A DNA stretch of 64,000 nt from Parcubacteria group bacterium RIFCSPLOWO2_01_FULL_48_18. GTDB lineage: Bacteria > Patescibacteriota > Minisyncoccia > UBA6257 > WO2-01-48-18. Under the pieces are notes generated by a model, which worked only from the letters and a program-made list of their open reading frames with translations, did no database searches and was not told the DNA's origin. The position numbers and the translations under genes were made by a program. Numbering within the stretch: the first letter of the stretch is position 1; every line of letters begins with the position of its first letter. The stretch covers positions 14,970 through 78,969 of the forward strand of contig MHXH01000016.1 of NCBI GenBank assembly GCA_001824435.1, written 5' to 3'. Positions 37,813 through 49,205 of this stretch are shown here, one piece after another.

Positions 37813-38369
37813 TGGTTGTTAAGCAATTGATACACGCCTTTTTCAACCCACGGTGCGCGTCAGCATTCTTTATTGCTGCCCCGAGGCTGTTGCCATAAGT
37901 TGTTTTTTCCGATTCCCGTTTAACCTTGATTATGGTTTTCCCCATCCGGATCTGCCGAGCTGCCGTTCTCCACCTAATAATTTTATCTGATCCGTATTCG
38001 CGTTGCAAGGCGATCGTTCCGTTATTCACCGGACTCGGTGCAAAGACTTGATAGTATAAAATATGATGCTATGCTGTTCTTGGAATTGCAAACCGAGCAA
38101 TTATGCGAGGCGTCCATGAGGAATCTCATGAGGAAGTTAAGGAGGCCTTCGCCCAAGAAAGAATGGAGGGAGTTGTTTTAGTGCCAATTCAATAAGTGGT
38201 TTGGCATTTTTTTCATAGGCCGCTTAACTCGATAGCCCCGCGTCAGCTTGCCGCGTGGAACCCCTTGAAGGGCTTGGCAGGGTATGGTATGATACGGAGG
38301 TAAAGGCATGGTAATGGTAGCTGTAACGCATGTTCATTTCTGTCCCGACCCATCGGGATTTTAATTTTA

Positions 38370-38450
38370 ACCGACGCTAAATTTTAAATGCGAAAAACGC
38401 GAAACCGATGCTAAATCCGCCAGCCGGCGGATATAAATGCGAAACAGCCT
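38370..38450. repeat. Repeat element: AAATGCGAAA x3 and GCTAAAT x2 flanking a second copy of the 16-bp palindrome TCCGCCAGCCGGCGGA (38416..38431)
   Basis: Direct reading. Confidence 0.55.
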
Positions 38451-38516
38451 TTTTGATATTTCGCGTGAGCGGTTTTCGTATCGGCGTACGCGTGAACGCT
38501 TTTTCGCATCGACGGT

Positions 38517-39938
38517 ATGGTTATAAAAGAATTCGTTAGAGCGATTGATCAAATCGCCCAAGAAAAAGGAATACCGAAAGAGCGCGTGGTCGAGACCATA
38601 GAGGCTGCGCTTGCGGCGGCGTATAAGAAAGAATACGGAAAGCGCGGAGAGGTTATCCGCGCCCATCTTGATTTTGGAAATAACGCCATCCAGTTCAGAC
38701 AGATAAAGATAGCGGTAGATAAAGACTCGGTGCGCATTATTGAGGAAGGTGAAAGGGCGCAGGCGCCGAAATTGATGCAATCAATCGAGGAAGTTTCCGA
38801 GCAGGTTGAAGCTCGCGCCAGCGAACAGGAAGAAGGAGAGAAAAAACTGAGATACAATCCGGACCGCCATATTTTTATTGAAGAAGCGCGGGCGATCAAG
38901 CCGGATGCCCAGCTTGAAGAGGAAATCGAATTTCCTCTTGAAACTCACGAGGATTTTGGCAGAATCGCGGCGCAGACGGCCAAACAGGTGGTCATTCAAA
39001 AGCTGCGCGAAGCAGAGCGCCTGTCGCTTTTTGAAGAATACAGAAACAAAGAGGGTCAGCTCATCAGCGGCATTGTTCAGAATTTCGAGCGGGGAAATGT
39101 GTATATCAATCTTGGTAAGACGACCGGAGTGATGTTCGGGAATGAAACGATTCCGGTGGAACGATATAGTCCGGGCCAGAGGCTTAGGTTTTACGTATTG
39201 GGCGTTCAGGAGGAAGGGAGGCTTCCGGGCGTGATTTTATCCCGAGCTCATCCGAAATTCGTGGAAAAATTGTTTGAATTGGAAGTGCCGGAAATCGCAG
39301 AAGGGGTGGTTGAGGCGAAAGCGATTGCGCGGGAGCCGGGCAACCGGACCAAAATCGCTGTCGCGTCCAAGGATGAGCACATAGATCCCGTGGGTTCGTG
39401 CGTGGGCCAGCGAGGCAGCCGCGTCATGGCGGTGATTAATGAGCTTGGCCAGGAAAAGATTGATATTATTCCGTGGTCTGACGATCCGGCGAAATTCGTG
39501 GCCAATGCTCTTTCTCCGGCGAAGGTGAAACGTGTGGAAATTCGCCCGCGCCGCGAGGCGCTGGTGTATGTCGGAGAAGACCAGTTGAGTCTTGCTATCG
39601 GAAGGGGCGGGCAGAATGTGCGGCTCGCGGCCAAGTTGACCGGATGGAAGATCGACGTTCGCTCACAGGCCGAGCCGGAAAAGGTTCAAGAAGGAGGAAT
39701 TGCGCAGAGCGAAGAGGAGAAGGCAACGGAAATTGAAAAAGAGAAGAGCGAGAAGGAAGAATTCGACTTGGGCTCGCTTCCCGGGGTAGGACCAAAAGGA
39801 GTAGGGGCGCTCCGGTCCGCAGGCCTTGGATCCCTAGAAAAGCTACAGGCAGCCACCAAAGAGGAATTGCTTGTAGTAGAGGGGGTCGGAGAAAAGACAG
39901 CGCAAAAAATCCTCGATCATCTACGACAGCTAAAATAA
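38517..39938 (+). CDS. nusA: Transcription termination/antitermination factor NusA with a C-terminal acidic/HhH extension
   Basis: S1 and KH domains (GSCVGQRGSRV) and a C-terminal HhH region. Confidence 0.85.
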   Translation: MVIKEFVRAIDQIAQEKGIPKERVVETIEAALAAAYKKEYGKRGEVIRAHLDFGNNAIQFRQIKIAVDKDSVRIIEEGERAQAPKLMQSIEEVSEQVEARASEQEEGEKKLRYNPDRHIFIEEARAIKPDAQLEEEIEFPLETHEDFGRIAAQTAKQVVIQKLREAERLSLFEEYRNKEGQLISGIVQNFERGNVYINLGKTTGVMFGNETIPVERYSPGQRLRFYVLGVQEEGRLPGVILSRAHPKFVEKLFELEVPEIAEGVVEAKAIAREPGNRTKIAVASKDEHIDPVGSCVGQRGSRVMAVINELGQEKIDIIPWSDDPAKFVANALSPAKVKRVEIRPRREALVYVGEDQLSLAIGRGGQNVRLAAKLTGWKIDVRSQAEPEKVQEGGIAQSEEEKATEIEKEKSEKEEFDLGSLPGVGPKGVGALRSAGLGSLEKLQAATKEELLVVEGVGEKTAQKILDHLRQLK

Positions 39939-40015
39939 TGATCCTTGGTCGCTGACTACTAACCTATCCGTTTCGGAGTCGATGGGTTTTCGTCAGGGGC
40001 CGAAAGTTAATACGT

Positions 40016-41992
40016 ATGTTCTACGATTATCTTCCTATCGTTGCGTCGCTTCTTGCCGTTCTGTACGGCATATACTTGATTCGCTGGGTTTTGATCCGTC
40101 CCGCCGGAGACGAGAGAATGCGTAAGATAAGTGCCGCGATCCAGAAAGGATCGATTGCGTACTTGAACAGGCAATACCGTGCCGTGGGGGTCGCGGGCTT
40201 GGTTATTCTGGTGGCGCTCGTTGCCGCATTCGATATGATGATGGGCATTGCGTTTGTCGTCGGCGCAGGCCTTTCTGCGGCAGCGGGTTATCTGGGAATG
40301 ATGGTGGCGGTGCGATCGAATACGAGAACCGCCGAAGCGGCGAAAACCGGCCTGTCGCCGGCTATGGCGGTCGCGTTTCGCGCGGGATCGGTAACCGGAT
40401 TTTTCGTCGTGGCACTTTCACTGCTCGCGGTTGGTGGATTTTACCTTGCCACGAAAAATCCATTCTCGCTGATCGGGCTGGGGCTTGGCGCGAGTCTTAT
40501 TTCGATATTTGCTCGTTTGGGCGGCGGCATCTTTACGAAAGCAGCTGACGTGGGAGCGGATTTGGTGGGTAAGGTAGAGGCAGGAATTCCGGAAGACGAC
40601 CCCCGTAACCCGGCGGTTATCGCAGATAACGTAGGAGATAACGTGGGTGATTGCGCGGGAATGGCAGCAGACCTTTTTGAAACGTATGCGGTTACTATGA
40701 TTGCGGCAATTCTGCTTGGAAACAGCATATTCAATGGATCGGAGTATGCCCTGGCCCTTCCGCTGCTTATTGGCGCCGCGGCGATCGTTGCATCTGTGGC
40801 AGGGTCGCTGTTTGTGAAGTTGGATAAAGGTAATTCCATCATGGGCGCTTTGTATAAAGGCCTTGTCGCTTCGTCGGTATTTGCCGCGCTTCTGTTTATT
40901 CCCGTGGTGAATTGGACTTTCCCCGATAACTTTTCTGATGTTTATCTAAGCGCGCTTATCGGCCTGGCGGTCACCGGAGCCATGGTGTGGGTGACGGATT
41001 ATTATACCGCGAAGCGGTTTCGGCCGGTCGGTTCTATTGCAAAGGCATCTCAATCCGGGCATGCGACAAACATCATTATGGGCCTTTCGGTCGGCATGGA
41101 ATCGACGACGCTGCCGATTATCATCATCGTCGCGGGGATTCTAGCGAGTTACGGGCTTGCGGGGATATATGGCGTGGCGGTTGCCGCAGTGGCTATGCTT
41201 TCGGTTGCCGGGATGATCATTGCCATCGATTCATTCGGCCCGATTACCGACAACGCGGGCGGCATTGCGGAAATGGCCGATTTGCCAAAGAGCGTGCGTG
41301 AAATCACTGATAATCTCGATGCGGTGGGCAATACGACTAAAGCAGTGACCAAGGGATATGCGATTGCCTCTGCCGGGCTTGCCGCGATCGTGTTATTCGC
41401 CGGCTATGCTGAGGAGTTGGCTGCCAAAGGAAAGGATGCGGTCTTTCGATTAGATGATCCGTACGTGCTGGCAGGGCTTTTTGTGGGCGGTGCCATTCCT
41501 TATCTTTTTGCCTCGATTGCAATGAGAGCAGTCGGCCGGACCGCAGGATCGGTTGTGGAAGAGGTGCGGCGGCAGTTTAAGGAAATTTCTGGAATTATGG
41601 AGTATAAGAATGAGCCGGATTATGCCCGCGCAGTTGACATTGTGACGCGAGCGGCGCTGAAAGAGATGGTTGTGCCTTCGCTTATGCCAATCGCTGTAGT
41701 TTTGCTGGTAGGCCTAACGCTCGGCGCAGAAGCCCTTGGAGGATTGCTTATCGGCTCGATTATTTCGGGTCTCTTCGTCGCAATCGCGATGACTTCCGGA
41801 GGAGCCGCATGGGATAACGCGAAAAAGCTTATCGAATCCGGGGGGTACGGCGGCAAGGGGTCAGAAGCGCACAAGGCAGCGGTGACTGGTGATACGGTCG
41901 GCGATCCGTATAAAGACACCGCAGGACCGGCGATAAATCCATTGATTAAGGTGATTAATATCGTCGCCCTACTCTTGGTTCCATTCTTATAA
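40016..41992 (+). CDS. hppA: Membrane-bound proton/sodium-translocating pyrophosphatase
   Basis: 16-TM pattern with a conserved [10 protein letters not shown] segment. Confidence 0.85.
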   Translation: MFYDYLPIVASLLAVLYGIYLIRWVLIRPAGDERMRKISAAIQKGSIAYLNRQYRAVGVAGLVILVALVAAFDMMMGIAFVVGAGLSAAAGYLGMMVAVRSNTRTAEAAKTGLSPAMAVAFRAGSVTGFFVVALSLLAVGGFYLATKNPFSLIGLGLGASLISIFARLGGGIFTKAADVGADLVGKVEAGIPEDDPRNPAVIADNVGDNVGDCAGMAADLFETYAVTMIAAILLGNSIFNGSEYALALPLLIGAAAIVASVAGSLFVKLDKGNSIMGALYKGLVASSVFAALLFIPVVNWTFPDNFSDVYLSALIGLAVTGAMVWVTDYYTAKRFRPVGSIAKASQSGHATNIIMGLSVGMESTTLPIIIIVAGILASYGLAGIYGVAVAAVAMLSVAGMIIAIDSFGPITDNAGGIAEMADLPKSVREITDNLDAVGNTTKAVTKGYAIASAGLAAIVLFAGYAEELAAKGKDAVFRLDDPYVLAGLFVGGAIPYLFASIAMRAVGRTAGSVVEEVRRQFKEISGIMEYKNEPDYARAVDIVTRAALKEMVVPSLMPIAVVLLVGLTLGAEALGGLLIGSIISGLFVAIAMTSGGAAWDNAKKLIESGGYGGKGSEAHKAAVTGDTVGDPYKDTAGPAINPLIKVINIVALLLVPFL

Positions 41993-42074
41993 ACATAAAA
42001 CCCGACCTAGTTGAAAAACAAAAACTTATTTGTTAAATTTTATAAAAGGCCAGTGATAGTAGCGTAGAAATATT

Positions 42075-42380
42075 ATGAGCAATGACGAAAGCGAAGCAAA
42101 ACCAAGATCCGATATTATAGATCTCCTAGAGTCAGCACAAGGTTTACACACAACGGATGAACGCGGGACGCCGTCAGGATTTGATTTAAAACAAAGGATT
42201 TCCGAGGTCGCATCAATTATCGAAACTGTTCTAGATATTCAAAGGGGGGTTGACGGCGGTGATATATTGAGAGCGGCTAAGGGTTTCCTAGAAAAGGTGG
42301 ATAACCCGACGTTGCCGCGTCAACTTCGTGATCGACTTTCTGACGCAATCATGCGAGCAGAAAATGGGATAGAAGACTAA
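42075..42380 (+). CDS. Hypothetical small soluble protein
   Basis: ORF only. Confidence 0.3.
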   Translation: MSNDESEAKPRSDIIDLLESAQGLHTTDERGTPSGFDLKQRISEVASIIETVLDIQRGVDGGDILRAAKGFLEKVDNPTLPRQLRDRLSDAIMRAENGIED

Positions 42381-42464
42381 AATTAGTTTTGATTTTGTTA
42401 AAAACATGGAAATTTTTTAAAGATCGAATCAGGTTATCTTATTAATCAATTAGGTAATAAAAAC

Positions 42465-42812
42465 ATGGGATTTTCTGGAGAAAAATATTCTAAGGAGGTA
42501 TATGAAGAAGCAGAAGAGGAAGCGCGTGGCGCCGAACGCTCTTATCAAGATAGGGGCACCATAACCGGAATGAGTAGGGAAGCGGCACAAAGAATCTATG
42601 ATGGGCTTTGGGAGAATGCAGCTAAAGCAAGAAGTAGAGTGGAAAGGTTGTATGCGAAGGGTCAGGCAGAAGCGATTGCTCTTAATGAACAATATGAACG
42701 TCTTCGAACTCAAGCTCAAGAAGCGATTAAAGCTCTCGCGGACTTTGAGCGGGAAAAGCTTGGCATGCATAAAGAAGAACCCAGCTCTTCTAGCGAAAAC
42801 GGGGAAAACTAA
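42465..42812 (+). CDS. Hypothetical small coiled-coil protein
   Basis: ORF only; Glu/Ala/Arg-rich. Confidence 0.3.
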   Translation: MGFSGEKYSKEVYEEAEEEARGAERSYQDRGTITGMSREAAQRIYDGLWENAAKARSRVERLYAKGQAEAIALNEQYERLRTQAQEAIKALADFEREKLGMHKEEPSSSSENGEN

Positions 42813-42830
42813 TTTTAGGGCAGACACAAA

Positions 42831-43412
42831 ATGAATCTTATCCCAACCGTCATCGAAAAGACAAATCTCGGCGAACGAGCGTATGACATCTATTCGCGGC
42901 TTTTAAAAGAGCGGATTGTTTTCCTCGGGGGACCGATTATAGATCCGGTGGCTAACACGATCATTGCCCAACTCCTGTTTTTAGAACACGAGGACCCCAA
43001 GAAAGACATCGATCTTTATATCAATACCCCGGGCGGCTCGGTTACGGCCGGCCTTGCGATCTATGATGCAATGCAGTATGTCAAACCCGATGTGCGTACC
43101 ATCTGCATCGGTATGGCCGCTTCAATGGGAGCGGTGCTTTTGGCCGCGGGCGCAAAGGGGAAACGGGTTGTCCTCCCGAATTCCGAAATCTTGCTGCATC
43201 AGGTGATGGGCGGCGCCGAAGGACAAGCTATAGAGATCGAAATTACCGCTAAACACATCGTTGCAATTAAAGAAAAACTGAATCGCATTTTGGCGAAGCA
43301 TACCGGCCAGTCGCTCGATAAAATTGAACGCGACACCGACCGCGATTTTTATCTTTCGGCGGAAGAAGCCAAAAAATACGGCCTCATCGATCAGATTATT
43401 AAAACGAAGTAG
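42831..43412 (+). CDS. clpP: ATP-dependent Clp protease proteolytic subunit
   Basis: Ser (GMAASMG) and His catalytic-site segments. Confidence 0.9.
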   Translation: MNLIPTVIEKTNLGERAYDIYSRLLKERIVFLGGPIIDPVANTIIAQLLFLEHEDPKKDIDLYINTPGGSVTAGLAIYDAMQYVKPDVRTICIGMAASMGAVLLAAGAKGKRVVLPNSEILLHQVMGGAEGQAIEIEITAKHIVAIKEKLNRILAKHTGQSLDKIERDTDRDFYLSAEEAKKYGLIDQIIKTK

Positions 43413-43444
43413 TTTTAAAATTTGTCAGCGGCGCAAAAGGAAAT

Positions 43445-43470
43445 CCGCCCCGGAATTGAGGGCGGTTTCT
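43445..43470. terminator. Bidirectional terminator hairpin between clpP and the convergent HD-domain gene
   Basis: CCGCCC-N8-GGGCGG followed by TTTCTT. Confidence 0.5.
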
Positions 43471-44120
43471 TATTGTGCAGGGAACGCTTTGGTGGCGAAC
43501 GTTAGTATGCCGGCGCGCTCGAGTTCTAGGATGAGTTCTTTTTGGTCTGCGTTGTCTTTGAGGTACTGCGCCCGTTTTTCTTCGGGCGAGAGGAGCTTGC
43601 CGGATCTCTCGTTGTCTCTGGTCATGAGGGCGTCGTAGTAGTCTGCGAGCGCAAGTATTCTGCCGTGCGCCATGAAGATTTGTTCCTTGTCCCGGGCGAA
43701 AGATTCTGTGGGCCGCGGAACTGTTTGTGGATATGGATGCTGGCTGAACCGGTGATGATATTTCATAATGTGGGCGCTCCAGACGTTTTTCCATTGCATC
43801 AGCAAACGGAATCCTATTTCTACATGCGGTTCCATATTTTTTCTGTCGTCGTCGGTGAAGCGGTCTTTTTTCGCGAGGAGGGCATTGTCTATGAGCGCTT
43901 TGCCGATGTCGTGAAATAATCCTGCCCACAAAAGCGCCTTGGCGTTCATGTCGAGGTATGCACCGATTTGCGCCGCGAGGGTTCCTACGCGTATCGAGTG
44001 GCGGTAAGTTGCCTCATCGTGCTCTTTGAGAATATTCAAGTGTTCGATGATAAGAGGCCAGCGGTCGGGGTTTACGCTATGGCGGGAAAGCGTCTCTGTA
44101 AGGAGGCGCTCTTCTTCCAT
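43470..44120 (-). CDS. HD-domain phosphohydrolase with a degenerate HD-GYP-like C-terminal motif
   Basis: H...HDIGK and HHRFSQHPYP. The start is likely at MEEERLL (44120). Confidence 0.5.
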   Translation of the reverse strand: MEEERLLTETLSRHSVNPDRWPLIIEHLNILKEHDEATYRHSIRVGTLAAQIGAYLDMNAKALLWAGLFHDIGKALIDNALLAKKDRFTDDDRKNMEPHVEIGFRLLMQWKNVWSAHIMKYHHRFSQHPYPQTVPRPTESFARDKEQIFMAHGRILALADYYDALMTRDNERSGKLLSPEEKRAQYLKDNADQKELILELERAGILTFATKAFPAQ

Positions 44121-44362
44121 TGGTACCTCCTTTTCAAGTTGTTCGGGTGTAGACACGGTTGTTGCACAGAAGATGCGGTTACTGAATACCAGTATAATAA
44201 AACTTATGCGCTGTTTCAACTTGGCACGCCGAGGTTATTGTGCCAAACAAAAAGTTTTTTGGAAACGATCCATCGCCGCCAGCCCGCCCTTCCTTAATAT
44301 TATAACACGGGGGGGCCTATGCGGATAAAAAATGACCGCCATCGGGGCGGTCTTCCGGCTCT

Positions 44363-45445
44363 CTAATATGAGAAAATGTTTCTTCCTAGCGTGATGGAGG
44401 GATTATTCTCCTTGTCGTTGGTTGAGACAATGAATTTTTCCGACGGATTCGCAAGGAATGCGTCGGCCGCAGCGTCGTAAAGCCGAGGGACGATTCTGTC
44501 GAAATAGGGATAATAGAGAGGGAATAGTTCAACGTCTATCTCCTTGAGGAAGTTTTTTGCCCGCGATCTGCTCATCGGTTCGGGAACGCGGAGGTTATCC
44601 ACATTTGGTTGGATTAAAATAATGGCGGCTCCTTCGGCAATTGCGCAGCGCAGCTGGTTTGTTATGAGTACTCGTACGTTGTCGCGGATATAATGGAGGA
44701 GCTTGCGAGAGAGGGATTCGTCGTCCGGCGGAGGATCCCAGTTGTAGGTTATCATGTGCGCGAGAATGACGAGTTCTTTTGGATCGCTCCCGCCGTTTTT
44801 GCGAGCTTGAATGATAGAAGTCGTAGGAAGGGGTTCGAGGCGTGCCGCATCGCTGTAAGCGACCCCATCGATCCATTGAGGCCCAAAATAGACCGGATGT
44901 GCCGATGATGCAACTACCGCAGAAGAGATGGTTGTCTCCGGCGTGCTATCCGGAGAGAAAACAGTTGCCTTGCCCCCGTGGTCTTTGTTGCTTGGAGTGG
45001 CAAGTATGGAGAAGCGAGGAAACGACATTGAGAACCTATCCCGTTCCGGTGTTATGGTGCTCCGGATGAGAAATCGGAAATGGTCTCCGTTCACGATCCC
45101 GGCCCTCTTTCCAAATGCTCGTTGTAATCCCCGCAAGGCAAGATTGACCGTTGAGAGCGTTTTGGGGCCGACCATGTTTTTCAGCCTTGTCGACCGGAAG
45201 AGATTTTCCATACGGACCGGATCAAGGCCGGAACAGAAGAAGGCGGCAGAGATCGAACCGGCGGATGACCCCCAAACAGAAGAAATAAGATTTCTATGCG
45301 GCCAGAGGGGTTTTAAAAATGCTTGCGTGGATGCTAGCGCATGCATCGCACCAGCGCCGCAGCTTACCGCAGCCGTGAAGCCAGCCTCGTTGATGCGCCT
45401 GAGAAGCCGACCCGCTGCATCGGGCGGTACAGCCGTATCCGGCAT
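44363..45445 (-). CDS. Patatin-like phospholipase family protein
   Basis: GxSxG nucleophile elbow (GSSAG) and a DGV Asp motif. Confidence 0.5.
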   Translation of the reverse strand: MPDTAVPPDAAGRLLRRINEAGFTAAVSCGAGAMHALASTQAFLKPLWPHRNLISSVWGSSAGSISAAFFCSGLDPVRMENLFRSTRLKNMVGPKTLSTVNLALRGLQRAFGKRAGIVNGDHFRFLIRSTITPERDRFSMSFPRFSILATPSNKDHGGKATVFSPDSTPETTISSAVVASSAHPVYFGPQWIDGVAYSDAARLEPLPTTSIIQARKNGGSDPKELVILAHMITYNWDPPPDDESLSRKLLHYIRDNVRVLITNQLRCAIAEGAAIILIQPNVDNLRVPEPMSRSRAKNFLKEIDVELFPLYYPYFDRIVPRLYDAAADAFLANPSEKFIVSTNDKENNPSITLGRNIFSY

Positions 45446-45640
45446 ATCCGATCACCCCCTTGTATGAACGCGTGGTTACGCGCGAGAGAGAAGCCCATTT
45501 TCAAACCTCTGTCCCAATTATAGCTGAATGCAAAGAAAAAATCAAGCAGAATACAAGACTCATAGAATCTGCAAAAATAACATATTTCACCGTCGCCACT
45601 TGCACGTACGACGCATTTTGTTAGCATTAAAGCATAATCC

Positions 45641-48028
45641 ATGGATCGATTTTCTGCAAAGTTTCATGTAGCTCTTTTGTGCGGCGGCCCATCGCTTGAG
45701 CGGGGCATTTCCCTCAATTCTGCCCGGTCGGTAGTGGACCATCTCGAATCCGAAGAAATCTCCGTACAGCCAATCTATTTTGATTTCAGGAAAAATCCCT
45801 ACAAAATTTCAAGGGCGCAATTGTATTGCAACACTCCCTCTGATTTTGACTTCAAGTTGAACCGAACGGCAACGCCGTTCACGGAACGATCGCTTGTCCG
45901 TTTTCTCAGGGCGGTAGATATTATTTTCCCCGTTATGCACGGACCATTCGGCGAGGACGGCGAGATCCAGTCTTTTCTTGAACGGTATAACCTCCCGTTC
46001 GTCGGCTCAGGGGCAAAAACATGTAAAAAGGCCTTTGATAAATTTACTGCAAATGAATATATAAAACAGCACGGCTTTTTTACTTTGCCATCGGTTGTGC
46101 TCAAGATATATCATCACGATCATAAATACATTCTCGAAAGATTTTTCAAAGAGTATCGAGTCAAGCGTGCCGTGGTAAAACCCGCAAGCGGAGGATCGAG
46201 CATCGGGGTGTTTTCGGTATCCAGCGCTCGCGAAGCGCTGGAAAAATCGAACCTTCTTTTCTCGAGACGAATGGACACCCGTGTCGTAGTTGAACCCTTT
46301 GCCAAGGGGGCAGAGTTTACGACTGTCATGCTTGAAAATCGTTTCGGGCTGCCGGTTGCGTTGCCGCCCACCGAGATCGAAACCGACTATGCCGAGCATC
46401 AAATTTTCGATTTCAGGAAAAAATACCTGCCGACTCGCCAAGTAACATGGCATTGCCCCCCCAGATTTGATAATTGGACGATCGAAAAAATTCAAGCGCA
46501 GGCAGAACAACTGTTTGCGTTATTTCATATGCGCGATTTTGGCAGATTTGACGGTTGGGTACTGCCCGGCGGAGATATCTGGTTTTGCGATCTTAACCCG
46601 ATAAGCGGCATGGAGCAAAATAGTTTTCTGTTTCAGCAGGCATCGCGCATCGGCATGACGCACGGCGATGTGCTGCGTCACATTGTTAGAAGGGCATGCG
46701 AGAGATACGGCATAGATTTTCCAGAGATCGTCCTGAAGCCCCCCGCGCGCCGCAAAAAGGTAAATATCATAATGGGCGGCGACAATTCCGAAAGGCAGGT
46801 TTCTTTGATAAGCGGTACGAATGTATGGCTTAAGCTCCGCCGCTCCAAGCGGTACGAACCGCAGCCATATCTGTTGGATACCAGAGGTTATGTATGGCGG
46901 CTGCCCTATCATCTGTGTTTGAATCATACTGTTGAAGAAATTGCCGAGGATTGCGAGGGGTATCAATATACGAAGAACAGACTTGCTGTATTCGAAGAGC
47001 GCGCTCGGCTGCGATTGGGATTCTTGAAACCAAAAGACAAAGAAGAATTTTTTGAACCGAGCAAATTAGCGTTCAAGAAGTTCATTAAAACATCGGACCT
47101 CATTTTTATCGCCCTTCACGGAGGCGACGGAGAGAATGGAAATTTGCAGAAATTGCTTGGCGCGCAGGGAGTAAAGTTCAACGGTCCGTACGAAGAAGCG
47201 TCCCGACTTTGCATGGACAAGTGGGACACTGCAAGCTTTATCAACAACGCGGGTATCGCGGGCGTCAGTGCTATTCCAGGCAAAACGATTGAAACCCGTG
47301 CCGTGCTCCGGTTCGATGACCGGGGCATCAGATTATTCTGGCGAAAAACCAGGAAGGAGATTGGGGCAAAGACGTTGATCGTAAAGCCTCGCGCCGACGG
47401 TTGCACCACCGGAGTTGTTCATCTCCGCTCGCCGAACGACCTTAAAAAATACGCAGAGCTGCTCTTTAAAAAAGCGCCCGTTGTGCCGCGGCAGACATTT
47501 AGGGGGCAGAGGGATATTATAGAAATGCCTCCGGCCTTGCCCCGTGACCTGCTCTTCGAGAAATTTATTGAAACCGACGCATTGCGCGTTAAAGCCGGTA
47601 CGTTAAAATATCAGCGTCGCACGGGGTGGATTGAAATTACTGTCGGCATCGTTGAGATAGACGGCGAACTCAAGGTCCTTAGTCCAAGCATTACCGTGGT
47701 TGAGAGCGAAGTGTTAACCGTAGAGGAAAAGTTTCAGGGCGGCACCGGCGTCAACATTACGCCGCCGCCGCCGAGCATCATGAAACCGGCAGTACTCAAG
47801 AGGGTGAAGGACCTGATTGAGGAAGTCGCGCGCAAGATCGGCATCCGCGGTTATTCGCGGATTGACGCGTTTGCCAATGTTGACAGCGGCGACGCGTTGA
47901 TTATCGAGGTAAACACGCTGCCCGGCCTTACCCCTTCAACCGTTTTTTTTCACCAGGCGTTGGCAGAATCACCTCCGCTTTTTCCCGCGGAACTCCTGGA
48001 GATTTTGATCCGGAATAAAAGGTATTAA
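45641..48028 (+). CDS. ddl: Tandem-domain D-alanine--D-alanine ligase family protein (two ATP-grasp Ddl-like modules fused)
   Basis: The Ddl N-terminal signature occurs twice (HVALLCGGPSLERGISLNSA and KVNIIMGGDNSERQVSLISG), each followed by an ATP-grasp region. 795 aa. Confidence 0.6.
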   Translation: MDRFSAKFHVALLCGGPSLERGISLNSARSVVDHLESEEISVQPIYFDFRKNPYKISRAQLYCNTPSDFDFKLNRTATPFTERSLVRFLRAVDIIFPVMHGPFGEDGEIQSFLERYNLPFVGSGAKTCKKAFDKFTANEYIKQHGFFTLPSVVLKIYHHDHKYILERFFKEYRVKRAVVKPASGGSSIGVFSVSSAREALEKSNLLFSRRMDTRVVVEPFAKGAEFTTVMLENRFGLPVALPPTEIETDYAEHQIFDFRKKYLPTRQVTWHCPPRFDNWTIEKIQAQAEQLFALFHMRDFGRFDGWVLPGGDIWFCDLNPISGMEQNSFLFQQASRIGMTHGDVLRHIVRRACERYGIDFPEIVLKPPARRKKVNIIMGGDNSERQVSLISGTNVWLKLRRSKRYEPQPYLLDTRGYVWRLPYHLCLNHTVEEIAEDCEGYQYTKNRLAVFEERARLRLGFLKPKDKEEFFEPSKLAFKKFIKTSDLIFIALHGGDGENGNLQKLLGAQGVKFNGPYEEASRLCMDKWDTASFINNAGIAGVSAIPGKTIETRAVLRFDDRGIRLFWRKTRKEIGAKTLIVKPRADGCTTGVVHLRSPNDLKKYAELLFKKAPVVPRQTFRGQRDIIEMPPALPRDLLFEKFIETDALRVKAGTLKYQRRTGWIEITVGIVEIDGELKVLSPSITVVESEVLTVEEKFQGGTGVNITPPPPSIMKPAVLKRVKDLIEEVARKIGIRGYSRIDAFANVDSGDALIIEVNTLPGLTPSTVFFHQALAESPPLFPAELLEILIRNKRY

Positions 48029-48105
48029 ACGGAAATATCCCAAACAGGTGGCGTCGTCTGGAAAGAGCATACACAGCATACCACTGATCGGGCTTTGCCT
48101 TCGAA

Positions 48106-48933
48106 TCATCGAACCGCGTCTTCAAATAAAGTTATTAGGAATTTTGTATTTACACCCGCCTTTCCGTTGCCGATGCGCAAGCTATCAATTTTTATTACGG
48201 GCATAATTTCCTTATTCGTTGCCGCAATAAATGCCTCGGAGGCGCCCCTAAGTTCCTGCAAACGGATGTTTCTCTCTTGTATAACGAAGTATTTTCGCGC
48301 TAAAGAAAGCACGAATTTTCTGGTTATTCCCAAAAGAATATCCCGCCTCGGCGTGATAAGGACATTGCGCCTGAATATAAAAAAATTGCTCGTCGTGCAT
48401 TCCAGCGCTTTGCCGTTTGACACATATAGGGTTTCGAGCGCCCCCCTGCGCAGTCTACGAATATGATCGTGAAACGCACTGAGATAGTTAATGGTTTTCG
48501 CCCGAGCAAATTCCCGTTGATGCTCTTTCGTAATCAGTTTAATTCCCTTTGTATGCGCCGACTGCGGGTAGGTATGTGGTTGTTCCAGAAGGATACAAAT
48601 ATCGGAAGAAAAACTCTTTGCGTCTTTGTCAAAATTTTTGGCCAAGACTAGGATACGAATATCCGCCTCTCCTATTTTATTCTTCTCAAGCAAAAACCCT
48701 ATTATTCTTTCAATTCTTTGCGCGGATATGGGCAACGACAGGTAGAGCGCCCGCGCGGAGTTTTTGAGCCGCGCGAGGTGTTCCGCAAGCCGGAAAGGCA
48801 CACCTCCATACATTCGTATAAATTCAAAAACACCGTATCCCCGCTGAAGGCCTAGGTTGCGAACATTAATATTTGCGTTTTGTACGGAAACAATTTTTCC
48901 GTTTACAAAACACCAACGAGGCGATGCCATCAT
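48106..48933 (-). CDS. Class IV aminotransferase (D-amino-acid / branched-chain family)
   Basis: Fold-type IV PLP enzyme pattern with a conserved Lys region. Divergently adjacent to the Ddl fusion gene. Confidence 0.65.
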   Translation of the reverse strand: MMASPRWCFVNGKIVSVQNANINVRNLGLQRGYGVFEFIRMYGGVPFRLAEHLARLKNSARALYLSLPISAQRIERIIGFLLEKNKIGEADIRILVLAKNFDKDAKSFSSDICILLEQPHTYPQSAHTKGIKLITKEHQREFARAKTINYLSAFHDHIRRLRRGALETLYVSNGKALECTTSNFFIFRRNVLITPRRDILLGITRKFVLSLARKYFVIQERNIRLQELRGASEAFIAATNKEIMPVIKIDSLRIGNGKAGVNTKFLITLFEDAVR

Positions 48934-49205
48934 AATCGTGCCGCTATGCCGGCTCCTGCCATTATATCATTTTTTTACCCCGCACCAGAAAGCCCCAGAC
49001 TCCTGTTTGGGGATGAAGGTGCTAAGCCCGAAGGGCTTTCGGTGCGGGGTTTCGCTCCGCGCCGAATCGAAAGAAGCCGCCGACTCCTGTCGGCGGAGCT
49101 TCACTACCTAACACAAATCGACTAGAGCATAGGGGGGTAGCAGCTTCTCTGCGATTATCCCCAATGGAGTTGATCCTTTCTTCGACACCCGGTATCATAA
49201 ATGTA

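Noticed and set aside
37556-38029. 157-aa minus-strand ORF
   Set aside because: It overlaps the membrane-protein ORF 37135..37812 out of frame and extends into AT-rich noncoding DNA. It has no motif.
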